The translations under genes were made by a program, and so were the position numbers. Below, one piece after another: positions 15,451 to 27,699 of a stretch of 64,000 bases of DNA (positions within the stretch are counted from its first letter, which is position 1; each line of letters opens with the position of its first letter). Location of the stretch: positions 16,244,001-16,308,000 of the forward strand of contig OZ024746.1 in the NCBI GenBank assembly GCA_964016885.1, read 5' to 3'. The stretch comes from Eledone cirrhosa. Its lineage: Eukaryota. The notes under the pieces are model-generated. The model was not told where the DNA came from and searched no databases. It was given only the letters and a program-made list of their open reading frames with translations.

Positions 15451-16845
15451 TGTGTGTGTGTGTTTGTGTGTATGTTTGTATGTGAGTCTCGTTTGAGACA
15501 TTCTTGCTAATGTATTTTATACAGAGGTGTGTGTATGTTTGTATGTGTCTGTGTATGTTGTGTATATATATGTGTGTGTGTGTTGTGTATGTATATTTTT
15601 GTATCTATGTGTTTGTGTGTATTTGTGTGTGTTGTGTATATATACATTTGCATGTATTTTTGTGTGCTGTGTATGTTTGCATGCACGTGTGTGTTTGTGT
15701 GTATGTGTATGCATGTGTGTGTGTGTGTGTGTGTGTGTTTGTGTATGTATGTGTGTATTATGCACATGTATGTGCATTTGTGTATGTCTGTATATGTGTG
15801 TTTGCGTGTGTCTGTATGTATGTTTGTCTGTATGAGTGTGACTGTATGTGTGTGTTTGTGTGTGTCTGTATGTGTTTGTATGTTTGTGTTTGTCTGTATG
15901 TGTGTGTCTGTATGTGTGTGTTTGTGTATGTCTGTATGTGTGTGTGTTTGTGTATGTCTGTATGCGTGTATAATACACGTGTGTGTGTGTATGTTTGCAT
16001 ATACACATGTCCGTTTTTCAGTGTATTCCAAACTTATAACATTGAAAACATTCAAATTAACTGGGCTGCTGACGATGAGATCTTTTTTATTATTAGTGTG
16101 ATGCCCCTGAGGATACTTTGCTATTTTGACTTCTTAGCCCCGCTATCACTCACAATATTGCTGGTAGGCAAGTAAGAATGTGCCATAACTTTATATCAGT
16201 TTGTGATATATCTTAACATGGAATTAGAATTATCAAATTAACTGTTAACATCCTGTAATGACCTGTTGACCACTGGTTTCTGTCCTCTGCGGCATCTTTT
16301 GCCCATCGATGTCTTTGATAGCATTTAGCTGTTCTAGCAGTGAGTTTTCTCATGTTTATATGTATTCAAATACACTCGCTTTGACTCAATCAGAGACAAC
16401 ATTTCTATTTTCATTTATATCTAAAAATTGGTTTCTTAATTCAAATGTTTATAGTATCTTTAGTAATGGATAGATTGCTGGAAAAATTTGTAGTAAACTT
16501 TAAGTAAAGGCGTCAATATTTAATCTGATGTAGTCATAGAGCTGTTTTGTACTTTTTAAGAATGCCTTGGTAATGTGGTTTCGTGTGGTACAGGACGTTA
16601 AGTGTTAACAAAATATTGCTAATAACACTTGCCTAAACAAGTTAACCTACTAAAAAGATAATGGTGTTGTTGTTAATGTTTATATAATTGGGAGTGGGGA
16701 TAAAATAAAGTACCAGTCATGTACTGAGGTCAGAATAATTGTCAGAATAATAAGCCATAAGCCATATTTTGCACAATTCTGTCACCTATTAAACTCACAT
16801 CTCTCTCTCTCTCTCAATAATTTTTTCTGTTTCTTTCTTCACCAG

Positions 16846-16974
16846 ACATTGATGAATGTTCTTCAAGAAATGCTGGTTGCCAGCAGATCTGTGTCAACAT
16901 TGATGGTTCTTACTATTGTGAATGTCACAATCCAGGATTTAGGCTGTCTCAAGAAGATAACAAGACATGTCTAG
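16846..16974 (+). CDS. Exon A (phase 1-1), calcium-binding EGF domain of a multi-EGF extracellular protein
   Basis: ttctttcttcaccag|AC...CTAG|gtacat; 129 nt; [43 protein letters not shown]; six Cys, DxDEC and CxNxxGSYxC cbEGF consensus. Confidence 0.95.
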   Translation, partial: TLMNVLQEMLVASRSVSTLMVLTIVNVTIQDLGCLKKITRHV

Positions 16975-17346
16975 GTACATAGTCTTTCTTTCTTCTTTAT
17001 CTTTATCATCACCATCATCTCCATCACCATCATTAGCATCACTATTTTCATCATTGTTGTCATCATAATCATGACCATTGTCATTGTTGTCATATTCATC
17101 ATCATCATCCTATAACATCTATTTACCCAGCTAGCAAGTGTTAGATGGATGTATTTCTCATGGCACTAACACTAGAGAAGTTGTCATATTCTTAACACAA
17201 CTGAAAAGTTCACTCAACCTTATATTTATAACAAGATGTTTTATAGCTGGATATCCATCCAATCACAAAACACTTCCTATCCCGTTACATCATGTACTAG
17301 GTTCAAATTCTTACTTTTTTCTTCATTTTTTAATTTTGCTATTTTA

Positions 17347-17839
17347 TGTTAGAATACCAGATGTAAAGAACTGGTAGTATTGTTAGTGTACCAGATGTAA
17401 TGAACTGATAGTATTGTTAGTGTACCAGATGTAATGAACTGGTAGTATTGTTAGAGTACCAGATGTAATGAACTGGTAGTATTGTTAGTGTAGCAGATGT
17501 AATGAACTTGTAGTATTGTTAGAGTACCAGATGTGATGAACTGGTATTATTGTTAGAGTACCAGTTGTAATGAACTGGTAGTATTGTTAGTGTACCAGAT
17601 GTGATGAACTGGTAGTGTTGTCAGAGTACCAGATGTGATGAACTGATAGTGTTGTTAGAGTACCAGTTATGATGAACTGGTAGTGTTGTTAGAGTACCAG
17701 ATGTAATGAGCTCGTAGTATTGTTAGTGTACCAGATGTAATGAACTGGTAGTATTGTTAGTGTACCAGGTATGTTGAACTAGTAGTATTGTTACAGTAGC
17801 AGATGTAATGAACTGGTAGTATTGTTAGAGTACCAGATG
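17347..17839. repeat. 34-bp minisatellite, ~14 copies
   Basis: GTTAGTGTACCAGATGTAATGAACTGGTAGTATT. Confidence 0.92.
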
Positions 17840-18073
17840 CTAGCAAGGGTTGGACTTGTCTTCATAGACTGAGTCAGTACTGAAGTAGGGCTACTGACCT
17901 CCCAAACAGGTAGGGAGCTAGCATCTTGCTTACATATGGTCCCATACTCTACCGAATGCATTCTATTGTGGGCTCCAGTACTAAGTGGGTTGTCATGTCT
18001 TTGACGCAACTATATATATATATATATCATCATGCGTCCGCTTGTCCCTGCTTGTTTATATATATATAAACAA

Positions 18074-18242
<169 letters not shown>

Positions 18243-18599
18243 GATAATAATGATAATAAATATTATAATTAGTAGAAACAAAGTTTAAATTCCAGAAAGC
18301 AGGACACAGCATAGAAACTATATAAGTTTAATATTTGTAAAACATACCTAATCATATACCATCATCACCATCATTGCCATCATCATCACCATCATCACCA
18401 TCACCATCATCCCACCATCACCATCATTGCCATCATCACAAAAGTTAAATGTGTTTACAAATGATAAATGAAATGTTTACTTGAAGATTACTTTGCATTT
18501 CAGAAATGTTTACAACTTTTAAAAAATGTTTTTTTTTAAATTTTTGTTCACTTTATTCTATTTCTTTCTCTCCCTTTTCTTTGGTTGTTCTGTGTGAAG

Positions 18600-18734
18600 T
18601 TGTTGGAAACTGGCGTAATATGCCAATAGGTTGGAGAAGGAGGGTACCAAAACCAGTATCATCATCATCACACTTCGTTTTAGACTTTCCTCATCTGACT
18701 GGTCGTAAAGGGAAGAATGAAACTCAGGAAACTG
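18600..18734 (+). CDS. Candidate exon B (phase 1-1), basic Cys-free linker
   Basis: First AG after a ~95-nt AG-free pyrimidine-rich tract; donor G|gtaata (same hexamer as exon I); 135 nt, open in the frame set by exon A: VVGNWRNMPIGWRRRVPKPVSSSSHFVLDFPHLTGRKGKNETQET. Confidence 0.6.
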
Positions 18735-18769
18735 GTAATAGCTGGGAAACTACCGCTGGTTATATATAC

Positions 18770-18941
18770 ATAGTTTGCACTATTTAGTGTATATATACAC
18801 TTAGTTTTCACTAAATAGTGTATATATACACATAGTTTTCACTAAATAGTGTATATATACACATAGTTTTCACTATTTAGTGGATGTATATACACTGACT
18901 TCGTTAATTACTGGTTGTATATGCACTGATTTCATTAAACA

Positions 18942-19003
<62 letters not shown>

Positions 19004-19255
19004 TGTGTTCACTAATTAGTGAATTCATATACACAGTTTTTAATAATTAGTGGTTATATATGCATTGTTTCTATTAATTAGTGAATGTATATGCACTATC
19101 ATCACTAATTACTGGATGTATTCACCTTGATTTCACTAAATAGTAGTTATGTATATATACACTATTTTCACTAAGAAGTGGTTATATATATAGACACTAT
19201 TTTCACTATGAACTGGTTGTATATGCACTATTTTCACTAATTCTACTGTTTATGT
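18770..19255. repeat. Degenerate ~33-bp minisatellite
   Basis: TATATACACATAGTTTTCACTAAATAGTG-like units. Confidence 0.7.
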
Positions 19256-19911
19256 GCAACAGACAATTCACCAGAACCAAGAGCATGTTTTTGTTACACA
19301 ATTTTGTATTGCTGTATCAGATTTGCTGGGCACTGCATGATCTATTTGATGCACACTGCAAACTTGAGAAACACTCTAAGTATAAATGAAATGAGAAACA
19401 ATCTGGACAATAACAACATCAGCCGTTGTATTTCAGAGGAAATGTGCCAGAAAGGAATGTTTTCTGTATAAATTAATAGTAGTGGAGGGTATCTTCAGAA
19501 GAGATAGATCAAGGAAGATAAAGTAAAATTGAACTGTCATGGAATTAGCTATCTACTAGTATGGTTGGATTTCTATAGAATTCTTCATCAAAGGATCAAA
19601 CTAAATCTATAAATATCATATTTTGTTGCTTTTGAAGTGTTTCCTAAGTCTACTCATTCTACTCTGAAGTTTTATTCAGATTCTGATAACTTGAAATGAC
19701 AGGCCGGGATTGGATCTGGAATGAAGCTGAAATTAGAATGAGATTGTAGGAAGAAAAGAGGAGGAAAATTGATGGACAGTTAATAATTAGAATCGGTTAA
19801 TTAGTTAATCACCTTACTTTAATTCTGGACAATATTCTGTTGATAAGAAGACAATTGATAATGATTGGCAATCAAAATAGGTTTGTTAATATTTCCTTCG
19901 CCTTTTAATGA

Positions 19912-20622
19912 TACTTTGACTATATAAGACCCTCCAGTCTATCTAGTTAGGAGAGGAGTCTAGTATACTACTCTTTTGACTATAAGACCCTCCAGTCTAT
20001 CTAGTTAGGAGAAGTGTCTAGTATGCCACCCTTTTGACTATAAGACCCTTCAGTCTATCTAGCTAGGAAGAGGGGTCTAGTATACTACTCTTTTGACTAT
20101 AAGACCCTTCAGTCTATCTAGCTAGGGAGAAGTGTCTAGTATGCTACCCTTTTGACTATAAGACTCTTCAGTCTATCTAGCTAGGGAGAGGGGTCTAGTA
20201 TATTACTCTTTTGACTATAAGACCCTTCAGTCTATCTAGCTAGGGAGAGGTGTCTAGTATGCCACCCTTTTGACTATAAGACCCTCAAGTCTATCTAGTT
20301 AAGAGAGGGGTTTAGTATGCTACCCTTTTGACTATAAGACCCTCCAGTTTATCTAGTTAGGAGAGGGGACTAGTATACTATATTTTGACTATAATAACCT
20401 TCAGTCTATCTAGTTAGGAGAGGGGGTCTAGTATGCCACCCTTTCGACTATAAGACTCTTCAGTCTATCTAGCTAGAGTGAGGTGTCTAGTATGCCACCC
20501 TTTTGACTATAAGACCCTCCAGTCTATCTAGTTAAGAGAGGGTTTAGTATGCTACCCTTTTGACTATAAGACCCTCCAGTCTATCTAGCTAGGGAGAGGG
20601 ATCTAGTGTGCCACCCTTTTGA
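19912..20622. repeat. 58-60-bp minisatellite, ~12 copies
   Basis: TTTTGACTATAAGACCCTCCAGTCTATCTAGTTAGGAGAGG..TCTAGTATGCCACCC. Confidence 0.92.
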
Positions 20623-21692
20623 AGTGGGCTATGTTATCTAAGTTATTTAAGCAGAGGACGACAAGCCAAGACCTATATCAAGCAAATTTGTGACAACATA
20701 AACTGCAATCCCTCTGACTATGAGGAACAATAGAATTGGATGGTGATAGTCAAGGGAATTTATGTAAGCAATGCGACCTATTGATTGATAAGCTTTTAGT
20801 TGTTAAAAGATCTACTTAGTAAAGTTAGTCAATTCTTCCCACCTTCAATGTTCTTTTGAGACTATTGTCTTTGTGTTGAAAGTTCATAAATTTCCCAACT
20901 CCTTGCGGTACCAAAAACTGAATCAACGTGGGAGGAGGGGGAGGGGGATAATAAAAAGTTTTCTTTCATGGAATGTGTTAGGAAAGAAAATAAAATGTTT
21001 TTTTGTAGCAATGACTTAACAAAATATAATTGACAAACTGTTGTCTTCAGAGTTTATTTATATCAAGTACAAACATAGACTCATACTTACACAGACTCTT
21101 ACTCATACTCTCTCTCTCTCTCATACACTCTCTCTCTCCCTCTCTCTCTCAATAGCACCTACTGTCGACTTGTTGTCTTCGTGGTTTTCATTTTAGATTG
21201 ACTGCCTTGAGTAATAAGATTCTTTAAAGTTATTTTCTACTAACAACTAGAGACAATCTTAAATTTTTTGTTGTTTCCTATATTGTGTTAATAAATCTAA
21301 TTTCTGAACAACACACTGACAATACACATGAATATCTCAGCACATATGTGGTATATGCATGTCTACACACATACATATGTCTCACATGAATGATTTAATA
21401 GTTGTAACTAAACCAGCACTAAGTCAACTAAACCAAAATTTTCTTTCTTCTCTATAAAAATAACGCAAATGAAAAAGATTCTATCAACAGAAAAAACTTT
21501 GTACAAATCCAATTTTTTCTTCTGTTTAGGTAAGTACATTATAGAAATATTTTCTTCCCAGTGCAGGTACCAGAAGACTAATGGTAAAATATCAATTTGA
21601 AATATCAAATTTCCATCTAATATTGTTATTTCTTAATTTAACATTTTTATCTTCTTCCTAATTTAACATTCTAAATTATATTCCTTCCAAAG

Positions 21693-21716
21693 AATGTTCT
21701 GGCAACACAGCTGAAG
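21693..21716 (+). CDS. Candidate 24-nt microexon C (phase 1-1), ECSGNTAE
   Basis: Pyrimidine-rich upstream tract with CTAAT; ttccttccaaag|AATGTTCTGGCAACACAGCTGAAG|gtaaga; frame-preserving. Confidence 0.6.
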
Positions 21717-22087
21717 GTAAGACATAGTAGTTGAAGAAAAAGAAATAATTTTTTTTTTGTGAAATGTTTACAGCAGATACATCATTGGCAAATCACTGAG
21801 AAATCATTATTGAAGACTAAACCTTGCAAAGGTGTCTTATCCTTTCCACTAACTCTCAACCTACCCTAACACTAAACCCATTCCTATCCCACAGTAAGGT
21901 GTCTCTAGAAAGTATGTTTCAATGATAAGTCCTTGCAAATATAACCCCAACTATATTACCTGCAGGCAGGGTCGATCATTTACCTGCTGAGGCCCTAATT
22001 TACAAAATTATGAAATTTGAGGCCCTTCTCTAAAAATATTCAGGTGAAAAAAAATTTTAAATAATTATACATGATTATTATTTATTA

Positions 22088-22275
22088 GGTGGATTGGCAG
22101 TATCGGTAGAGGGTCGGATGCCATGCTTTGACGCATAGAGTTACGGCCCTTGCCATTCTGAGTTCAAATCCTGCCGAGGTTAACTTTGCCTTTCATCCTT
22201 ACAGGGTCGATAAAAATAAAGTACCAGTAATACACTGGGATAATTGCTGGCCTTGTGCCAAAAGTAGAAACAATT
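22088..22275 (+). mobile_element. SINE family B nested in a hAT-like MITE remnant (~21966-22415)
   Basis: Near-identical to 9548-9733; host element begins CAGGGTCGAT and ends TAAGTCCAGCACTG. Confidence 0.8.
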
Positions 22276-22369
22276 ATTTATTAATGATTACAAAATTAAA
22301 TTAGTTACAAAATGTTCCTTTTAACTAATTAATTGATTTATTCAATTTCCTGCATAATTAGGATATCTC

Positions 22370-23192
22370 GCCCTAAACTATAGCTTATTTAGCTTATAGA
22401 TAAGTCCAGCACTGGCTACACTGAAGCCCTTCAGAGTGTGTGACCCTAAGATATAGCTTATAGGTAAGTCCAGCACTGATAACACTAAGCCCCTCAAGAG
22501 TGTGTGGCCCTAAGATATAGCTTATAGGTAAGTCCAACACTGATAACACTAAGCCCCTCAAGAGTGTGTGGCCCTAAGATATAGCTTATAGGTAAGTCCA
22601 GCACTGATAACACTAAGCCCCTCAAGAGTGTGTGGCCCTAAGATATAGCTTATAGGTAAGTCCAGCACTGATAACACTAAGCCCCTCAAGAGTGTGTGGC
22701 CCTAAGATATAGCTTATAGGTAAGTCCAGCACTGATAACACTAAGCCCCTCAAGAGTGTGTGGCCCTAAGATATAGCTTATAGGTAAGTCCAGCACTGAT
22801 AACACTAAGCCCCTCAAGAGTGTGTGGCCCTAAGATATGGTTTATAGGTAAGTCCAGCACTGATAACACTAAGCCCCTCAAGAGTGTGTGACCCTAAGAT
22901 ATGGTTTATAGGTAAGTCCAGCACTGGCTACACTGAAGCCCTTCAGAGTGTGTGACCCTAAGATATAGCTTATAGGTAAGTCCAGCACTGATAACACTAA
23001 GCCCCTCAAGAGTGTGTGGCCCTAAGATATGGTTTATAGGTAAGTCCAGCACTGATAACACTAAGCCCCTCAAGAGTGTGTGGCCCTAAGATATAGCTTA
23101 TAGGTAAGTCCAGCACTGATAACACTAAGCCCCTCAAGAGTGTGTGGCCCTAAGATATAGCTTATTTAGCTTAGCGGTAAGTTCAGCACTGG
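22370..23192. repeat. 64-bp minisatellite, ~12-13 copies
   Basis: GTAAGTCCAGCACTGATAACACTAAGCCCCTCAAGAGTGTGTGGCCCTAAGATATAGCTTATAG. Confidence 0.95.
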
Positions 23193-23374
23193 TCAGCAGG
23201 GGTTGATCCTACATGCGAGGCTAAGAACATATAATCATCATATGAAGCTGTTGCAGATAAACCAGTAAGATGAGGACCTTACTCAGGTTTGTTTGATCAG
23301 GAAGTATCACTACAGGGATATATTATTTAATTACATGTCATATATTGAACCTATATATTGAATCTGTTTTGTAG

Positions 23375-23494
23375 ACATTGATGAATGTGCTGATGATTTT
23401 GGTTGTGAATATAACTGTGTTAATACCAATGGTAGTGCCTATTGTACCTGTGGTGAAGGATTTGAATTAACACCTGATATGAAGAACTGTACAG
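23375..23494 (+). CDS. Exon D, cbEGF-like domain (GSAYC variant)
   Basis: tgttttgtag|AC...ACAG|gtaagc; 120 nt; DIDECADDFGCEYNCVNTNGSAYCTCGEGFELTPDMKNCT. Confidence 0.95.
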
Positions 23495-24559
23495 GTAAGC
23501 AAGTTTTATTTTATAATTTCTTTTAACAAGGCAATGTTCCCTTTCCTGTTTTGTAAAAAAAAAAAAAATGACATGGGTTCATCACCATCATCACCATCAC
23601 CATCATCACCACCACCATCAACAACATCATGACCTTTAACATCCATTTTCTATACTAGCATGTGTTTGACAAGTCACGTACTGATCATAGGCTAGTCAGG
23701 TGAACACATCTTGCTTGAACACATTATGGCTTGGTCTCTCTGGCTGGATGCCCAGCCTAATGCCAATCACTTTACAGTGTGTAATGGGAGCATTTTATTG
23801 TGTCATCAAAACCACCTTCTAACAGGGAGGACTGGGTGCATTTTATAGGTTACATGCCTACATATTAGATATGTGTATATATTTATACACGTTGGTGCAG
23901 TCTCAGTTACGCACTTTATATTTCTACAGATATAACTTTATTATACACTTCAGTTCCTAGTGTACTTTTTACTAATTAATATTTACTTGTTTTTAAATGA
24001 TTTGTCTCATTCTGTTGGACCCTTCCTAAATCAAATCCTTCTCCTAATTATTCTAGAACCTTCCTGTATCTCGCTCCCTAAATTTGTAATCACTTTGCTC
24101 TTTCTCTCTATGCTAGTCTACAATTCAAATTCCCCATTTGTTTCTCTCAGATTTTCAATTAATATTTACATGTTTTTAAATGAGTTGTCTCATTCTGTTG
24201 GACCCTTCCTAAATTATATCCTTCTCCTAAAGTTACCCATTTCCCGCTCTCTCACCCCCACACACCACCATTGCTAATGGTCCAATCATAACTCAGCGGC
24301 TTTAGTAAGTTCCCTAATAAATCAGTATAGCAAAGCTACCGCCCCAGTTACTACTCCTTAAGTTTAGACCTGTTTGATGGGTTGACTGCAGAGATTTGGA
24401 AAGTCTAAGCATTCAATGACGATGTCACTGATAAAGATAAATTCACCTCCTGCTGCAGTACGAAAATACAAAGACCCCTCTCTATTTCAGACAGAAATGA
24501 CCAACATAATTCCGTCTACCACACTCCTCCCTGCCCCTCTAACCCATCCATCCCACCCT

Positions 24560-26465
24560 CCCAACTTCAGAGTTTTACCATGGCACACTAAAAGGTCGTT
24601 CAAATGAGGTTGTAGAGATGCTTGAACGTAAAGAAGTTGATGTTTGTTGTATTCAAGAGATTAGGTGGAGAGGGGAGGTCTGCCAGATTCATCGTGGGTA
24701 AAAAACGATACTATAAACTTTTCTGGGTGAGAAACAACAACGGACTGGGTGGAGTAGGAATTATGTTAGCTGAAAAATGGGTAGATAAGGTAATCGACGT
24801 AAATAGAGTAAATGACAGAATAATTAAAATAAGGCTAGTTCTAAATAAAACTACTGTGACAATAATATCCGCTTATGCACCCCAATCTGATCTACTTGAC
24901 GTTATAAAGGACAGGTTCTATGAGACGTTAATGCACACTACCCCCCAAATAACCGACAGCGACTACCTAAATTATTGCTGGCGATCTAAACGGTCACGTT
25001 GGACAACATAGTGATGGTTATGATGGAATCCATGGAGGCTATGGAGTTGGAAATAGAAATGAGGAAGGCTTCAGAATCCTGGAATTCTGTGACGCCAATA
25101 ACCTAACTATCTGTAACACAAACTTAAAAAAACGTGAAAACCACTTGATCACCTATAGATCAGGGGAACACGTCAGCCAGATAGATTATATCCTTACTAG
25201 AAGACGGGACAAAGTGTCTGTTGTAAACACTAAATCCCTCCCCCTTGAAGAATGCACCTCCCAACATAACCTAGTAGTTAGTGACCTCACAATCAGAAAT
25301 AGACGTACTCGATGACAGAGGAGGCCTACCTTGGGGAGAAGAATATGGAAGTTGAAGGACCCCCTAGCCAGTGACAAATTTAAAAGCTTATTACTTGATG
25401 CCTTTGACAATAAGGAAGAGCAATTAGAGACGTGCGATATAGAGGAACAGTGGCAATACTTGAAAGGGAACCTGCTGAAAGCAACGGATGAAATCTGTGG
25501 CTGGAGCAGACCTATTGACAGGAGGAGAGTAACTTGGTGGTGGAACAGTAAGGTAGAAGAGACAATCAAGGCCAAAAAGCAGGCTTGGAAAGTATGGCAG
25601 GATGGGGGAAGTAGAGAGCACTATCAAGTGGCCAGGAGAAAAGCTAGGAGACAAGTGTACCTTGCAAAAAGGGAAGCAGAGGATAGAAAGTTCAAGCATG
25701 TTCTACAATGTGAGGTGTTCAGGATTGCTAGACAATGTGTCAAGGAAAACCGTGATATTGTCAGGGAGAAGTGTGTCCGTAATGATAACGGTGTACTTGC
25801 CCTCACTGATACTGATAAGAAGATAGCCTGGAAGTGTCACTACGAGAGACTATTAAATGAGGAGAATAAGTGGGAAAAAGATAGTCTGCCCCAAATCGAT
25901 CCAATAGAAGGACCAGCAGTGCAAGTTAAAGGTAGTATAATAAGTAAGGCAATCAAAGATATGAACACAGGCAAGGCAGCTGGGCCTTCGGAGATAGTTG
26001 CTGATATGTTGAAGGCATCTGGAATGGTGGGACATACTATGGTCACCCGTATAGTTAACCAAGTAATACAGAATGGGGTCATACCAAAAGACTGGCGTAG
26101 CAGCATCATCATTAACTGCTACAAGGGTAAAGGAGATGCTCTAGATAGAGGAAACTATAGAGGCATTAAGTTAGTTAACCAGGTCATGAAGGTCACAGAA
26201 AGAGTTATAGCGCAACTAATCAGAGAGCGAATTGATCTAGATGAAATGCAGTTTGGGTTTGTGTCAGGTAAAAGTACCACAGACGCTCTTTTCTTTGTAC
26301 GACAACTACAAGAGAAGTACCTAGCTAAAAGTAAACCCCTCTACTTAGCTTTTGTAGATCTGGAAAAAGCCTTTGACATAGTCCCCGGCTCCATTATCTG
26401 GTGGGCTCTTAGAAAACTAGGTGTAGATGAATGGCTTGTGAGAGCTATACAAACTATGTATAATG
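24560..26465 (+). mobile_element. RTE-clade LINE, disrupted (APE endonuclease plus N-terminal half of RT), 3'-truncated
   Basis: GTLKGRSNEVVEML..DVCCIQE, GVGI, SAYAPQ, GDLNGHVG, SQIDYIL endonuclease motifs across frameshifts; KGKGD..RGNYRGIKL, QFGF, STTDA, LAFVDLEKAFD RT motifs in ORF 25331..26506; 5' boundary uncertain. Confidence 0.93.
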
Positions 26466-26574
26466 AATCCGGTGATATCATCAGGTATTCGAAATATAAT
26501 AAATGAATGTAACAGATAAAATCCATGGGGCTGAAAATCATAGACCCGAGGACGACCGACCATCTCTCTCTCTG

Positions 26575-26611
<37 letters not shown>

Positions 26612-27699
26612 TCTGTAGTGCTCATACCAGTGAAACCACTAATCATGGAAGTACTCAATGCATGGACAGATGCAGAGTGGGAATAGAGATTGGTAAAATC
26701 CTGACCATGGTGCCAAGAAGTTTCGGCTTATGTGTTCAGCATGCCTTTTCAAGTGTGTATCAATGTTAGCAGCTGCTACACAGCTTGGCACCTCAGTCAG
26801 GATTTTACCTATCTCTATATGTCAGTATGTATGTATATATATATATATATGAAAAACATGGGGAGAAGAATACTCCATGGTTGCACATGGATTACATATT
26901 ATAAAATTAGTCCCTCATCAGTGATTTGCCAACCATCATTGGTATTTCATCGCATTAAAAATCATATACCTCAGGTTGGTGCGAGCAATAACTAAAATAA
27001 GCTATTGGGACAAGTGAGTCGCGTAAAGCTGTAAAGCGAGTGAGACAAGTAAACATAGAAGGAAAAATATATATATATAAACAATTTACAACTAAATAGC
27101 TTATATTTGCCTCTCCTTTCCACTCTACTTTCACTTTTCTCTATTTTTTTCATCTCCCCCCCCCCCCCCCCCCCCCACCACCACTCTTTCCCTCCCCAAA
27201 TATATGAAGACCATAAAAAATTCATCAAAACCCCCTAAATAGTGGGGTTTTTTTCTTTCTTTTTTGGACAAAGATTCCCTGTGAATTTCACTGCCAAGGG
27301 AGTGGGTTTGTGGTGCCGAAGGGAGCAGGCATGACAGGGGGTGGGATTGTGGTGAGGGTGGGAGCAGAGGTGAGGGGTCAACTGCTGCTAGTGTTGTTGC
27401 TTATTGCAAAGGAGAAACTAATGGAAAAACTGAAGAAATCTTCTCCGACCCCCCCCCCCCCCAGCTATTTCCTTCCATATTTCTTATAATTTCTTATTTT
27501 ATTTGCTTTTTTCTGTTCTTTTCTTTTCTTTTCTTTTCTTTTCTTTTCTTTTCTTTTCTTTTCTTTTCTTTTCTTTTCTAGAGGTTTCCTTTTTTTCTTA
27601 TTCCTTTTCATTCTTTTTTCTTTTCATTCATTTTATTTTTCATTTATCTACCTTCCCCCTCCCCTTCCCTCTCTTTCTTCCAATTTAGTTTCTTCCTTC

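Noticed and set aside
19437-19471. tttcag|AG GAA ATG TGC CAG AAA GGA ATG TTT (EEMCQKGMF), resembling a GCC start
   Set aside because: In-frame TAA two codons later and no phase-1 donor.
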